64,000 nt of DNA from Octopus sinensis (taxonomy: Eukaryota): assembly GCF_006345805.1 (NCBI RefSeq), contig NC_043004.1, positions 106,764,001-106,828,000 on the forward strand, given 5' to 3'. Made by a program: the position numbers and the translations under genes. Shown piece after piece: positions 11,068 through 25,737 of the stretch. The notes beneath the pieces were generated by a model. That model ran no database searches. It worked only from the letters and a program-made list of their open reading frames with translations, and had not been told where the DNA came from. Numbering within the stretch: the stretch's first letter is position 1; the number at the start of each line of letters is the position of its first letter.

Positions 11068-13755
11068 TGTTGTGGATTTCCACTTCGGCATGACTATCCA
11101 GTAAAGTAATATATTATTGTATAGATAAATTTCCTCTATTTACATAATATTGAGGTCTCTTTTTTTCTTTTGTTATCTTACCGTTTTACCAATAAATCAC
11201 CTCCCGGACGACATTATTCTCAACTAAGAGCTAATACGGCCTTTTTGGATTATCGCCTAACATCGTTTGAGGACTCTCACACACAGAAGAATTTAATATG
11301 GATGCATATCACATAGATTATTCTATGAAAAATATACCGATCCCATCAAAGGAATTTTACTCTAAGAAACTTCTACAGAAAATTACTGATCTAATTAAGC
11401 GCATGAGATGGAAGGCTTTCTTTTTTGATACAGAAGCGGACACCACGGAAAACACTTTCTATCGTATAAAATCCAAAAAATTCCCTCCCAGGATTAAAGG
11501 CTTGGAAGATTTAGAAGCGGACCTGCTGAAAATTATGAGCAAAATAAAATTTCGTAAGTCTTTTAACGATTTCCAACATAAATTGAAAAAAGATATTAAA
11601 CATATAAAAATCTCCAAGAAAAAAGCACTTTTCTCGGATAAAACCAAGAACTTGTACCTGGTAGATAACAGCAAATACACACAACTCCTACACAACAGCA
11701 TCATTAATAATTACACTAAGGCTAGGGCACAGACATATAACGAAATTAATAAAGAAGCTAGCGTCATCGCCGCTAAACTTAAATTAGATAAAAAAATAGA
11801 AGCCCTCCCCCAAAAAGAGGCCTTTATTACTATTAAAGATCACAAAGAAAACTTCCTTTCCAACCCTAAATGTAGGTTTATCAACCCAGCCAAGTCAGAA
11901 CTTGGGATAATTACTAAAGAAATTTTAGATAAAATAAATGCGAAAATTAAGACCGATACTAGGCTAGTACAATGGTCCAATAGTATAGAAGTCGTAGACT
12001 GGTTTAAAGCTATTAAGAATAAGAAAAAAGCGAGGTTTACACTATTTGATATTGTTGATTTTTATGCCTCTATCTCTAAAGAACTGCTAGATAAGCCCTC
12101 ATCTTCGCTAGCGACTTCATAGAAATTAGTACCAATGATAAGGACATAATCTTCCATGCTAGAAACACCTTACTTTTCAGTGAGAACGCAAAGTGGGTAA
12201 AAAACACCGACACAGAGGGCGCTTTCGATGTGAGCATGGGTTCATATGATGGGGCAGGCATCTGCGATCTAATTGGATTTTTTCTCCTTGATACCTTAGG
12301 TAAGACATTCCCTAACGTACATTTCGCCATCTACAAAGATGATGCCCTCGCCTTAACAGCTAATACAAATGGACCAGCACAAGATCGTTTTAGGAAGGAT
12401 ATTATCCAGTTAATGAAATACTTCGGACTTAGTATAACTATAGATACTAACCTGACGGTTGTCAATTTCTTAGACGTTTCCTTAGATCTTAATAAGAATA
12501 TTTATAAGCCTTATAGGAAGCCCAATGATAGACTAAGTTATATTAATGTAGGTTCATGCCATCCCCCTATAGTATTCAAAAATTTAGTTAAAAATATTAG
12601 TAAGAGGATTTCTAGCCTCTCCTCTGATAAGGACATCTTCAATAACGTTGCCCCAGTTTATAATAAGGCTTTAAAAGATAGTGGCTTTAGCGAAAAAATT
12701 AAATATACACCCATTACTAGCCCAACAGTAAGGAAAAGGAATAATAGAAATAGGAAGGTCATCTCGTTTACGCCCCCTTACTCACCCGAGGTGGCCTTCA
12801 ATATAGGTAAATATTTCCTAGCACTGATAGATAGACATTTTCCAGTTAACCATACTTATAGGAAACTATTCAATAGACACAATTTAAAAATTAGTTTTAG
12901 TTCCACTACCAATTTTAAAAACATAATCAAACATAACATACAAAAAACACAACAAGAAAACAGCTGTTCATGCAGGAATAAAGAATTATGCCCGCTAAAT
13001 GGAGCTTGCATGTCCAAAACCATCATATATGAAGCTACCGTAAACTCTATAAACACTAAAGACACCGTTTCGACGAAGAAATACGTGGGCCTTACAGAGG
13101 GTAACTTCAAGGCCAGGTTCAATAACCACACTTTGAGCTTTAGGCACTGGAACAAATGAAAAGCGACACAATTATCTAATCGTATTTGGTCTTTAAGAGA
13201 TAAAGGTGTCGATTATAACATACATTGGAAAATTTTGGCCAGATGTAAGCCCTATACCAACGGCAGCGGAAGGTGCGGTCTATGCGACATGGAGAGATGG
13301 CTTATCTGGAAAAGCAGCTTAGACCCTACTACATGTCTAAACACAAGGACAGAACTTTTCGGATCATGCCCACATGTGACTAAATTTCTGTTACATTTTT
13401 GGTCCCCTAAAGAAAACAGATAGAACATGCTTTCTATGTTATGTCCCAAGAAGATTTTGTATATTTTTTATGTATTTTTATATAATTTTTATGACGAAAA
13501 ATGCAAGCGATGTATAAGTACGCAGGCAAGCAGAGTTATAACACAGTAATTTCCCTTTGTATAACGGTATTTTTTCATAGCGTTTTCAAATAGCCAGATA
13601 ACCGAAGAGATGGTGTTGTGGATTTCCACTTTGGCATCTGAAACTCAGAGTTTTATCTTGACTATCGAGTAATGTAACATATTATTGTATAGATAAATTT
13701 CCTCTATTTACATAATATTGAGGTCTCTTTCTTTCTTTTCTTACCGTTTTACCAA
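11068..13755 (+). mobile_element. Near full-length Penelope-like retroelement (RT + C-terminal GIY-YIG, probably Naiad-type) with direct pseudo-LTRs, degenerate; in SKA1 intron 1
   Basis: ORF pieces 11298-12122, 12230-13159 and 13160-13423: KRMRWKAFFF, FDIVDFY, MGSYDGA, YKDD, CSCxxxxxCPLNGAC, IIY...YVG, CGLC. One frameshift near 12105 and an in-frame TGA at 13157. 11068-11192 is repeated at 13614-13755. Confidence 0.9.
13596..13658 (+). ncRNA. Degenerate hammerhead in the PLE 3' pseudo-LTR (core CCGAAGA)
   Basis: agataa-CCGAAGA-gatg...catct-GAAA-ctcagag-TT-ttatct. Confidence 0.6.
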
Positions 13756-13767
13756 TATATATATATA

Positions 13768-14150
13768 TGGCAGGAGTGGCTGTGTGGTTAGTAGCTTGTT
13801 TACCAACCACATGGTTCCGGGTTCAGTCCTACTGTGTGGCACCTTGGGCAAGTGTCTTCTACTATAGCCTCGGGCTGACCAAAGCCTTGTGAGTGGATTT
13901 GGTAGACGGAAACTGAAAGAAGCCCATCGTGTATATGTATATATATATATGCATGTGTGTGTCTGTGTTTGTTCCCCTAGCATTGCTTGACAACCGATGC
14001 TGGTGTGTTTACTTAGCGGTTCGGCAAAAGCGATCGATAGAATAAGTACTGGGCTTACAAAAGAATAAGTCCCGGGGTCGAGTTGCTCGATTAAAGGCGG
14101 TGCTCCAGCATGGCCGCAGTCAAATGACTGAAACAAGTAAAAGAGAAAGA
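13768..14150 (+). mobile_element. tRNA-derived SINE family B with internal microsatellite (copies + ~15965, 40680, 54735, 59860; minus ~8240, 35480, 36040, 37685, 39175, 51970)
   Basis: A-box tggctgtgtggt, B-box ggttcagtcc, conserved tail tgctccagcatggcc...tgactgaaacaagtaaaaga. Confidence 0.8.
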
Positions 14151-15186
14151 GAGAGTATATATAATATATATATATATATATATGTATACCGGAGTAAACA
14201 CATAAATGTAAAACAAGGTGGAAAAAAGAGTACTCAAATACCAGAGGTAGAGTAATATGCTCTATTTTATTTTTAACGTGAAACTCCAAGTAACAGCTTT
14301 TGTTAAATTTCTGCTGCTTTTAAATAAAGTATATATATATAGAGAGAGGGAGGGAGGGAGGCATTCTTTCGCGCACGCGTGTGTGTGTGTGTATGGGTAA
14401 TGTTTATATATAATGGTTATTATCTAGTTTAACACTCGGCCTTCAAATATCTTGGGGTGATCCAAGATATTTGAAATCATCAACATTTTTGAGCGATTTA
14501 AGTTCAGTTAACTTGGAGGAGGTTGTGATAAACTCTGTCTTACTCTCGTTTGCACTAAAGGCCAACCTGGTTTGCTGCTTTCTCCAGTGCTTGTAACAAA
14601 GATGTTGCATCTTTAATACAATCAGATATCAAGGCAAGATCGTCAGTTAAATATTGTGCACATTGCCGATTGCTTTGGCGAGGTTTCGAAAGGAGTGTCT
14701 ATGTATGTGTGTCCATGTGAGAATATATAGATACATAGATTAAAACATACATATTATACATACATATGTGTGTGTGTGTGTGTGTTATTCAGTTTCTGTC
14801 TACCAAATCCATTCACAAGGCTTCGGTTGCCTGGGACTATAGTAGGAGACACTTGTTCAAGGTGCCATGCAGTGGGACTGAACCTGGAACCATGTCATTG
14901 GGGGGAAAAGCTTCTTACCACACAGCCACACCTCTGCCAATGGCAATAAAATTTGAGGGGGGAAAAAAAGACTTTTTGAGAGGAGATTCAGATCATTCTC
15001 CCTCTTTCACTTTGATTTTGTTACCACATGTTTCCATCCATGCCAGCGTAGAAGGCAGACGTTAAATGATAAAAAAAAGGAAGAATGATGTATAGTTATG
15101 TATTTTTAGACATTGACATATACATATAGAGGTTAAGAGAGAATGATTTAAAAATGAATGTTTTTACCAATGCAGGTCAGTCGACA

Positions 15187-15402
15187 ATGGACAATGCGAA
15201 AACATTAGGCGAGCTCTTTATACAGTTTCAAGAGAGACTCGATGTTCTAAATAATATGATGAGCTTAAAGGAATGCAAAGGGGAAGATTGGTACAAGACG
15301 TCAATGTCAAGCATATTCAACCAGTTATCAACTTTTGAAGTTACATTTGCTGCAATAAGAAGCCGTCTCAAGGATTTCAGAGAAGCTTTGGAGAATGCAA
15401 AT
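15187..15402 (+). CDS. SKA1: SKA1 coding exon 1 (N-terminal coiled coil MDNAKTLGELF...REALENAN)
   Basis: Acceptor at 15175, ATG at 15187, donor GTAAGT at 15403, phase 0. Joins in frame to the next exon. Confidence 0.85.
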
Positions 15403-15919
15403 GTAAGTTTGGAATATACTTTTACTTTGTTTTATTTATTTTCTTCTTCCATGTTGTTTAAAAAAAGGAAAAATTAAAACCCACCTTCGGTCATGAATGA
15501 CCGTAGGATTGCACCTAGAAAGTTCCCCTCCGAGGTACGAGTTCACACAAGGTTGTTTATAGAAGACCAGCAGTCGCCCATGCATATCAACCTCCCCTCT
15601 CCGTGCCACTGATGTTATCCAAGGCAAAGGGGTCGATTCAGCTTGGCACCCGTGACGTCACAACTCATTTCTACAGCTGAGTGAACTGGAGCAACATGAA
15701 ATAAAGTGTCTTGCTCAAGAACACAGCACACAACCTGGTCCAGTAATCGAATTTACTACTTCATGATTGTGAGCCCAACACTCTAACCACTGAGCCATGT
15801 GCTTCTGTTGCCTACTATATATATATATGTGTGTGTGTGTAGCATTAGGAAGGGCATCCAGCTGTAGAAACCAAGCCATACCAGCATGGAAAGCAGACAC
15901 TAAGTGATGATGATGATAT

Positions 15920-15962
<43 letters not shown>

Positions 15963-16429
15963 AATGCAGGAGTGGTTGTGTGGTAAGTAGCTTGTTTACA
16001 AGCCTTGTGGTTCCATGTTTAGTCCCACTATGTGGAGCCTTGTGTAAGTGTCTTCTGTAATAACCTCGGGCTGACCAAAGCCTGGTGAGTGGATTTGGTA
16101 GATGGAAATTGAAAGAATCCCGTCATTATATATATATGTGTGTGTGTGTCTGTCTGTCTGTCTCCTCCCACCCATTGCTTGACAACTGATGTTGGTGTGT
16201 CTATGTCCTCATAACTTAGCGCTTCAGCAAAAGAGACCGAAAGAATAAGTACTTGGCTTACAATGGATAAGTCCTGGGATCAATTTGTTCAACTAAAGGC
16301 AGTGCTCCAGCATGGCCACAATCAAATGACTGAAACAAATAAAAGAGATATATGCTTGAGACATATTCAAACCTGTAAGAAGGCAATTCACTATATATTA
16401 TGTCTTAGAGAAAAATTCATGCTTTAGAC

Positions 16430-16682
16430 CAGAGGTTCTCAAACTTTTGGGGCTCCCCACCTCGTGGCCACATAACACCCTCAGCGCCCCCATCCCTATT
16501 TTTATGTATAAATAAATATCTTATATTTTACTAATTTATATTCTATAATTTGTATACAAAAACTATAATAATAATATAAATTCATAGCATCCCCGAATCC
16601 ACTGCCTTCCTCCCAATACCTCCTTTTTCTCTACCGCCCCCTTAGACATCAGTGCCCATCTGGACCCTCTTGAGAACCTATG
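16430..16682. mobile_element. hAT-like MITE (similar elements at 22103-22743 and ~59550-59765)
   Basis: Termini cagaggttctcaa / ttgagaacctatg; cagtagttccc / gggaactactg at 22103-22743. Confidence 0.5.
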
Positions 16683-17241
16683 CTGTAGACAAATAGGTAT
16701 AAAATCGCTTCTTACCCAAGTTGATAGATGCCTGCATTCTGGAGTAGTTATCTCGTCTTTGGCATCAAACACTGGAAAGGGAAGTTCTACAAACTAACAA
16801 TGAAAGACCAAGTCTCTCTTATATTCCAGTCAATGTACTGAGACTTGTGCTAATCAGCGGTCTTCTCTTTGACTAACATACACAGGTGCAGGTACACGAT
16901 CATAGCTATACTGGATTCATTCTTCTAATTATTCCTAAATCTAAAGACAGTTTATAAGCAGAATCATTAGAGTGTCAGACACAGTGTCTTGCAGTATTTA
17001 ATTATGGTAATTCTTCATTCCAAGTTCAAATTGTACAGAGGTCATCTTTACTATTCATTCTCCCTGTGTTGATAAAATAAAAGTTCCTGCCAAATCCTGC
17101 AGCCAACGATATTAATCTAACTCCTTCCCCATTAAAAATAAAAATGATATCCTTTACTTAAATTAGAGACAATTATTCTTAAGTTCTCCATGAATTGAAT
17201 TTGTTAGGGTTTTTTCTTTTTTTTTTCTCTACTTTTTATGT

Positions 17242-18445
17242 TTAATCCTTCCATTACTAACCCGGCCGGAAAATTATTTGGTTCATAATACCAACCTGGC
17301 CGAGAGAACCTATTGTTATTTAAATGTAAATTTGATCCCAAATCTCGTTGGTATATTTGTTAAAACATGTGATTTCACATTGTAAATAGTTAAGTTATAG
17401 TATCCAACATTGCTTGAAGTGATATCTCAACTCAGTGAATTTTTGGAGATTTTTTTCCACATTTTTTCAGCATTGATTTTTCTTCAACTTTGAAAATGGA
17501 TAGGAGTTTCATGTTATCAAGCATTGATTCCGAATTTAAAGCTTTTTCAATGGAAAATAGGGAGATATCGAGAAAAAGAATGAATGAGGTCTTAAAGCAC
17601 GTGGTGTACAATATGATATTTTTTTATCCATTAACCGAAAGCAGCGATTCCGAAGTAACAAAGCTGCGATGGCGACAGCAAAGACGGTTTTACATCAGAA
17701 TGAAGTAAAAAACTTTAAAAATGTTTTTATTAGCAATTTTTCTGGGGAGATAGTTTATCTATAGTCTTTCTTAGGAAGCGAAACCATTAGACTTTTATTT
17801 TTTTCAGTATGCTAGTTTGAAGCGATCACTTCGGAAACAAATTTACACAGATTGTAAACAAACACAAAAGTTTGGAAAATTTGTGAAGCAAATACTAGGT
17901 ACTGCTGTGAATTTAGTTTTTATACAGGGAAAATAATGTTAGTCAGCATGGCCTAGGGAACGATGTGGTCTGGAATTATCACTTCCATACCATAACCAGG
18001 GCAGTATATTATTTTTTGACCGATTTCTTTAGTTCGTTCAAACTTGAGATGGTTTCCAGTATTTCAGTTTATTCCACCTTTATGGTACACCTGTTGTGCA
18101 TTAAATTCAACTGATGATCTAGTGATGTGCACAATTCTTCTTTATCAAAATTTTGTTGCATACCCATTTGAATATTAGCTGATGATTCATTTTCTATGGT
18201 GATGTTTAAACAAAATTTTAATATTTTTACCTGTAATTAAAGTCACTTTGAGACAAAAGTTATGCAATAGAATTGATTAAGAACCCTTTCTTTAATTATG
18301 TTCCAAATATTACATTAATATGTTGATAAGTAAAAAAAGTTACAGTTATTTAATGAAACAAGCCTAAATTCATGATTATTTTAGAATTTAATTGAAACTC
18401 ATGAGGGATGTATTTTGGTCAGAAATATAGTAACGAAAGGGTTAA
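17242..18445. mobile_element. TTAA-flanked non-autonomous DNA element (piggyBac-like)
   Basis: TTAAtccttccattacta... / ...tagtaacgaaagggTTAA termini. A related terminus (ttaaccctttcgttact) occurs at 63891. Confidence 0.6.
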
Positions 18446-19184
18446 ATCATTGGGGAAAACAGTAGTCATCACCCTTTACATGAACCCAGGGACTGTTGCA
18501 AGTAGCAGAAGCAGGGAGGTATCCTGAATCCAGGGACCTGGTCAGAATACTTTCAACAGAGTAAAAGTACCCACTGGGGTTCCAGGTGTAGCAAATAGCT
18601 ATTTTGAAATCCGGCACGAATTGGCAATATGACGTAATGTTGTATTGCTGAAGAATTATTATTTTCGTTTTTTCCATTGGTTAATATAACTGCTCATATA
18701 AAGATTCTAAAAAGTTATGTAAAGAATATTTGTAATGGATTTCGATTCTTTTAGGTCAAGTTGAGCAGTTATAAAAACCCTGGATTTTGGGAAAAACTTT
18801 AGTGTTTTGTTGGATGTAACTGAACTCCATGACACTCACTCCTTTGAGACATTGGTGATCTTCATGCCATGTCCAAAGAAAATCTCAAATCTATTTTGAA
18901 TTGTTTATTCATCTATTAGTTAGATTTATGAATTAGCTAGTGAATATATAGTCATACTTCTACACGACAAAAATTATCTTTCCTTTCTAATGTAAATAAT
19001 ATAATAGACAAATTACAGAAGCTACACATATAATAGAAAATAAACCTAGCCTGAATAGAAAACTAGAATGGAGCAATAGCACACACCACAACATATGACG
19101 ATAGAGGATCCTGAAAACATAATAAATACACAGATAAATAAACAAATAGAAATGAATAACTATATATATGTATATATATCTATG

Positions 19185-19232
<48 letters not shown>

Positions 19233-22200
19233 TATGTGTGTGTATATGTATATATATATATATATATATTTTTTTTTTTTTCGATTAGATTTATTATTAT
19301 TATTACTAATATTGTTGTTATACATACATACAAGCATATGTAATGATAATAATAAGTGGATGTAAGCACATGAACAAAATTAGAACAAAAGCAACAACAA
19401 CAAAAACAAAATACAAATTACATGAATGTATATAAACAGAAGATACAAATATTACAGGCTTCCCCCACACACACACACACTAAATAAACATAGACGCACA
19501 TAGAGATATAAGCATGCGCAAATGAAGACATACAATAGAAATACAAAATGGCTGACGGTTAGTAAGGAGAGACACAAATAAGTGAGAAGAAAACAAAGGA
19601 CCACTGATGCGGTCACAGAAGTGTGACGAAAGAACTTTGGCCGAAATAAGATTAAGATTAATGTAAAAAATAAATATCACTGAAGCAAAATAACACCAAA
19701 TATATAGTGCGTGTGTTTTTATTGGCTAAACTGGCAATATGACCATTCCGAAATATAACAATATCTGTTTCAACACACGACTTCACATAAAAAATCTTGC
19801 ACAACAAATATTTAAACGTACTAATATAAAATGTTATATTTATATAATAAAACTAATTATGAAAATGTTTCTCTTCACGTTTTTTCAACTGAGTATAAAT
19901 AAATATGCATTTCTGTAATCATTAAATTATATTTTCTTATAGCGGTTAAATGAACACTAAGAAAATATACATACATGTCGTTAATATTCATAGCGTTTCA
20001 TAACTATATTTCTCTATGGCATTATATACTGTAGTTCGGATTTGTGTATAATGATAACACTTAAGTTATAAGTGACGTTCAGTCATTATATTCACCCTTA
20101 CTCAAAAAAGCAAAATAAAATAATCTATTTCCCAATAGAAAACAATAAATAGCATTACATTACTGTAACAAAGCTAAATAGAGAATATACTATAATGATA
20201 TAACCTAAGAGAAAGCTGAAGGTAGCTTAATAACTGCTATACAGGTGTTAAATAGGGCAATGGATATGAAGTCCACCACTCCAGTAGCTGGACTACAGTG
20301 GGGTTTAAACTCAGTATGCAAAAATAGGAAATTAATACTGGAAAGCATCTGGACTGGATTAGCCCTTTTTTAAACTTTATTTTATTAACTCTGACAAGAT
20401 CAGGAATGAAGAGGCCCTTCAGTTTGCAGGTCTAACTCCTATGCTGGATAGACTCATTGATAGGAATTTTCATTGGTCACAGAGTATGGACAACACCATA
20501 ACTCACAACTATACAATGGGGAAAAGAAACCATGGAAGACCTACACTGAGATTCAAAGATACTGCAAAAAGGAACATGGAATGGAAAGGAATTGTTCATA
20601 AGAAATGGCAAACTTGACTGAAAAACCAACTGGTATAAAGAAAGCTTATCAAATCATGCCAAAACCACGAACAGTCATAGTGACAACTGACTGTAAATAA
20701 TTTCAGCTCTGAAAAAGTGAAAGAGAATTTTGATCTTGGCTGGGCTTGAACTCAAAGTACAGAGAATCAAAACATGTACTGTGAGTCATGCCATCCTATT
20801 CTCCAATGATTCTGCCAATTCATTACCTATTAACTAATTTGCTACTTTGGTTAGTTTCCTCTGATTTGAGTTCAATTTTTAGCTGAAGCCATTTTGTTTC
20901 CAAAGCTAATGGTCCCTTTTTGACAAATATGACTCTCACAGTCTTCCAGTTTCTTCTCTTTAAATTTGTCGTAAAGGCCCAGGTGTGGCTGTGTGCTTAT
21001 GAATTTGCTTCCTGGCCATGTGGTCTTCAGTTCAGTTCCATTGTACATAACCATGGGCAAGTGGCATCTGCCACAACCCTGTGCCAACCAAAGCCTTGTG
21101 AATGGATGCCATAGGTGGAAATTGAAAGAAGCCTGTCGTGTATACAACTGTTTGTGTCTACCTTTGTCTTGACGCCACATAATGGTTTAAGCAAGCGAGG
21201 TTGTTCGTTTCCAGGCTTCCAAGAAAAACGTCTGGATTTAGGAAAATATTACCTTGCTTGGAAACAAGAAAGGCATCTGGCTGTAGAAAATCTGCATCAA
21301 CAAATTCCCTCCTGACCCCTGCAAGCCTGGAAAAGTGAACTTTGACATCGACGGAGAAGAAAGGCTGTTATTTAGATATGTTTAATTCGTTTTCTTCCAA
21401 AGTAATTTCCAATGTAAAATTTTAAGGTCGGGAAAGAAGATGGAGACACTGAAGTCAGTTAATTTTCTTAAGTATTCTTTCAATTCTTTACGGATTTAAT
21501 CTTCCTGATCCCACCCCATCCAAGAGGATTACAGCAGTGTTTCAACTTGAAATACTTTTTGAGCTTTTTTTTTTTCTGCAAAAGAAACTCTTCATCAAGG
21601 GAGATAATTGCTTCTGCCTTGCTGTCATTAATGGGAGATAACCGCTGTTTGTTTTCCTCTCCTAAAACCAGTCTTAATTAGACTTATCAAAGGCGTACTT
21701 TCCGTGACCTTTTCTGTATAGTTTCCGTTTTTTTTTTTATGACAGGGTGTGATTTGAGTGAGATTTAGTTGTTATTTCTCACAAAACAATTGACTTGGCT
21801 ACAAGGCGCACCATCATCATCATCATTTAACGTCCGTTTTCCATAGTGGCATGGGTTAGAAGGTTCGATCGGAGCTGGCAATCTGAAGAGCTGCAGCAGG
21901 TTACAGTCTGATTTGACTTGGTTTCTATGGCTAGACGCCCTTCCTAACGCCGACCACTTTACAGTGTGTGTTAGGTGCTTGTAACATGGCACCAGCATGA
22001 GTGCATACTACCTATCTGTCTGTGTATATATATATATATATGAAGTGGTTGCCATTAGGATGGGCATCCAATTGTAAAACCATGCCAAAGCAAGCAGTAG
22101 GGCAGTAGTTCCCAACCTGAGTTCCGTGGACCCCTGGTGGTCTGCAAGGTAGTTCTGGGGGCCCAAGAACTAAATTCAGAATTTCATATATCATCATCAT

Positions 22201-23266
22201 CATCATTTAACGTCCGCTTTCCATGCTAGCATGGGTTGGACAATTTGACTGAGGTCTGGCGAACCAGACTCCAATTTGATCTTGCAGAGTTTCTACAGCT
22301 GGATGCCCTTCCTAACGCCAACCACTCCAAGAGTGTAGTGGGTACTTTTACATGCCACTGGCATGAAGGCCAGTTTGGTGGTACTGGCAACAGCCACGCT
22401 CAAACGGTGCTTTCTATGTGCCACCTGCACAGGAGCCAGTCCAGCGACACTTGCGACGACCTTGCTCGAATGTTTTTTCACGTGCCACCAGCACAAATGC
22501 TAGTAAGGCAACGCGGTGATGGTCATGCTGGAATGGTGTGTTTAACGTGCCATTGGCACAGAGGGCAGCTTGTTGCTCTGGCAATGATCTCATTCGTATG
22601 GTACTCTTAGCGCTCCACTAGCAACGGATGCCAGTCACCGAGTTTGATTTCGATTTCACATGCCTCAACAGGTGTGTGTAGGCAGGCATATTAAAAGTGG
22701 TCCGTGGGAAAATTTATTTCAATAAAAAGTTCGGGAACTACTGCAGTAGGGCTTGGTGCAGTCTTCTGATTTGCTAGCTCATCAAATTGTCCAACCCATG
22801 CCCGCATGGAAAGCGCACGTTAAATGATAATGGTAGCATGTATATATTGTCATCATCATTTAACATCCACTTTTCCATGCTTGTGGTCAGACTGAATTTG
22901 TTGAGGCATGTTTTCCATTGGTATTGCCAGGTATGTTTCCCAAGGAAGGCTGGAAATGGAAACGAACATCGCTTGTACAGTGGTGATGCTTATTTACAAC
23001 CATCACATGATTTCAAGTCAAGGGTACATACACACACACACACACACATACACATATGACACCTGTTTCTGTCTCTATCTCAAGATCCCTTCTTCTAATG
23101 CCCCCTCCTCCCCTCTCAAAATTCCTTGTCTTGCAAGTTACTTGGTGACTCTGCCAGTGCTGGTGCCATGTAAAAAGCATCCAGCCCACACTGCAAAGTG
23201 GTTGGCATTTGGAAGGGCATCCAGCTGTAAAAATGCAATCCCAAGGTCATTCATATACTGAAAGGG

Positions 23267-23303
<37 letters not shown>

Positions 23304-23726
23304 AATTCCAAGCTGGTGTGTACCAAGACATAGTGGTATTTGGGTTGGTATCTGAGAGCAGAGTAAACCCACTGGGAATGACGGACTCCTTGTCTTTGTC
23401 AAGGCATCCCTCTAGAAGTCTAACTTGTCTTTAAAACCCTGCTACTCTATTGAGCAGGATAGTTTGCACTTTGCTTGTCCCTTGATATTGCTAGTGAAAG
23501 CCACTAGTGTTGTGCAAGGTGCACTCAAGACTCTTGCACAGGCATTGCTGACACTACCTCTCGAGGATGGTCGTGCTCAGCTAATGAGTAGACAGCCTTC
23601 ATACATAATATATGTGTGAGTGTATAAATATATATAAAATACTGGAATAAATGTGAGGAGTTTGCTATGTTTCTACTCAGTTATTTTATCCAATATATTT
23701 TTCATTTGTTAAACTACACATTGCAG

Positions 23727-23842
23727 GTTTTAAATGAGAATTTGAAAGAAACAATTGAAACTGCCAAGCATATGAAGGAGAACTTACCAGAACACCTTAA
23801 CAATAATAAAGCTACAGTCAAAATCATTCCTGATTCTGCCAG
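23727..23842 (+). CDS. SKA1: SKA1 coding exon 2 (VLNENLKETIETAKHMKENLPEHL...)
   Basis: ttgcag acceptor, AG|gttag donor, phase 0 to 2. HMKENLPEHL resembles the HLKENVPSHL motif of vertebrate SKA1. Confidence 0.9.
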
Positions 23843-24639
23843 GTTAGCACATGAATATTTTTCAATAATTTAAGTGTTCATTTTTTTTTTTTAATACTGT
23901 GATAAGTACACCAGTTGTAATCTTGATACTTATTTTGCTTGAAAGCTAACTATGCGTGTGTATCTGTTTGTATGCACACACACATACACACATGTGCATA
24001 TTGTTGTGTCCATTAACCCTTTAGCATTTAAACCAGCCAAAATATTCCACCTGTTTTATGTCCGCTCGAGATGATTAATAATTTCATTTCTTTTCCCACA
24101 GATTCTGCGTTTGCTGCTTCACTGGCAGTTTTATCAATCTTTGCCTTTATTAAATTTGTCCTTGTTCCTGAGTGGTTATAATTAGCATCTCAGTTTCTCA
24201 TTTCAGCCTGTTTCTGTCTGTCAGCCATAAGCAGCATTTTCACTTCCAACATCCTCAGTTTGTTAGATGAACTGGCCATGTAATGTCTTCCTCTTCCAGC
24301 TACTTTTTCTGTTATTTCCCCTACCGTTTCAGTAATATTTTGGACTTTTCAAGCCACTGATAATATTCTTTCTTCACTACATACAACATAGTCTTTCAAA
24401 CCCAATACCACAATACTTGCGCTCTCTTCTGCATTTAGCAATCCCCTACCTCTTTCCTTCCTTTCTTGATAAGTAGAGTTTGTCAATATTGCTTTTAGAG
24501 TAAATCATATTGTGAGTAACTTCTTAGTTCTAACTTCCAAAACATTGTCTTCGTCTGTCATTTATGTTAATTTGTTTTATACGAGCCGTTCTGGGTTTCA
24601 CTCAGAGAGCTCAAGTAACAGCAAGTAAAATGTCCAACT

Positions 24640-25737
24640 TGTTTGTGAAAGAGGCTACAATCTGAGAACGCCAGTAGCAATCCAAAAGCCTTCTTTGCCC
24701 ATGTCCAACGGAATTCCCGCTTGAACAACCAAATTGCAACGTTGGTAGACTCAACAGGCGTATCGATTGAGGACCCTTATCAACAGAGTCGATTATTTGC
24801 CAAGGCTTTTTCAACTATTTTCAAACAAGATGATGGTCGTGAACCCCCTCCATTTGATAGATCGGTACCTCCAATGTTTCGATTGGTCATCACGCGGGTC
24901 GAAGTCGAACGCGTTATTCAAGGCCTCGATGTCAACAAGGGTCACGGCCCTGACGGCATACACCCACGGGTTATCAAAGCGTTGGCTCCGATCATCTGCG
25001 AGCCCTTAACACGTCTATTCAATATGTCATTGGCGACGGGTGTTATACCTGCGGACTGGAGAACAGCGATAATCTGCCCAATTTTCAAGAAAGGGAGCCG
25101 CGAATACCCGCTTAACTACCGACTGGTTTCTCTTACATCAATAATCAGCAAGATGTTCGAAACCATCCTTAAGAAAAGTATGATGCTCCACCTCCAAAAC
25201 ACAGCCTCTATCTCTGATTCCCAACACGGCTTCGTGCCGAAGAGAACATGCTTGACCAACTTACTGGTAATGGAAGAATTGGTGACGTGCATCCTCGATG
25301 ATAGTGATGCTGTTGACATCGTTTTATTGGACTTTACCAAAGCTTTTGACTCGGTAAACCACTGCCTATTACTTGTCAAGCTTCAAGCATATAGTTTCCA
25401 TCTGGATATTGTACGATGGGTTGGTGCCTTCCTCTCAGATCACTCCTTCCAAGTCCAAGATAAAGGTTCAGTGCTTGGGCCCTTATTGTTCTTAGTCTTC
25501 ATAAATGACTTGCCCGACGACCTCACGCAACACACCCTTCTATTTGCCGACGATTTCAAACTGGTCGCTCCTCGTGGTGATATAGAGGATCTTCGTCGAT
25601 GCCTCCACCAAATTTAGAGATGGTCTAACGAATGGGACCTGTGTCTGAACGTGTCAAAGTGCTGTCATCTGCCTGTTGGCTCTCCTCCTGCAACTCAACT
25701 TGATTTCAAGCTGGGTCGTCTGCTGCTGGAGAGGACG
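24640..25737 (+). mobile_element. CR1/L2-clade LINE reverse transcriptase fragment
   Basis: KGHGPDGIHPRV, IPADWR, NYRLVSLTS, QHGF, LDFTKAFDSV, GSVLGPLLF, LFADD. Internal deletion and stop. Confidence 0.88.

Noticed and set aside
13157-13159. In-frame TGA in the PLE endonuclease as possible selenocysteine (reported for some Naiad elements)
   Set aside because: Context K-*-K is not a Cys position and fits CGA to TGA decay. The copy also has a frameshift, and I see no clear SECIS.
13768-13850. tRNA-like A/B boxes here and in many repeats
   Set aside because: These are SINE heads with no complete cloverleaf, so no tRNA gene is called.
15154-15186. Upstream in-frame ATG for SKA1
   Set aside because: Lies upstream of the acceptor at 15175, so it is most likely intronic.
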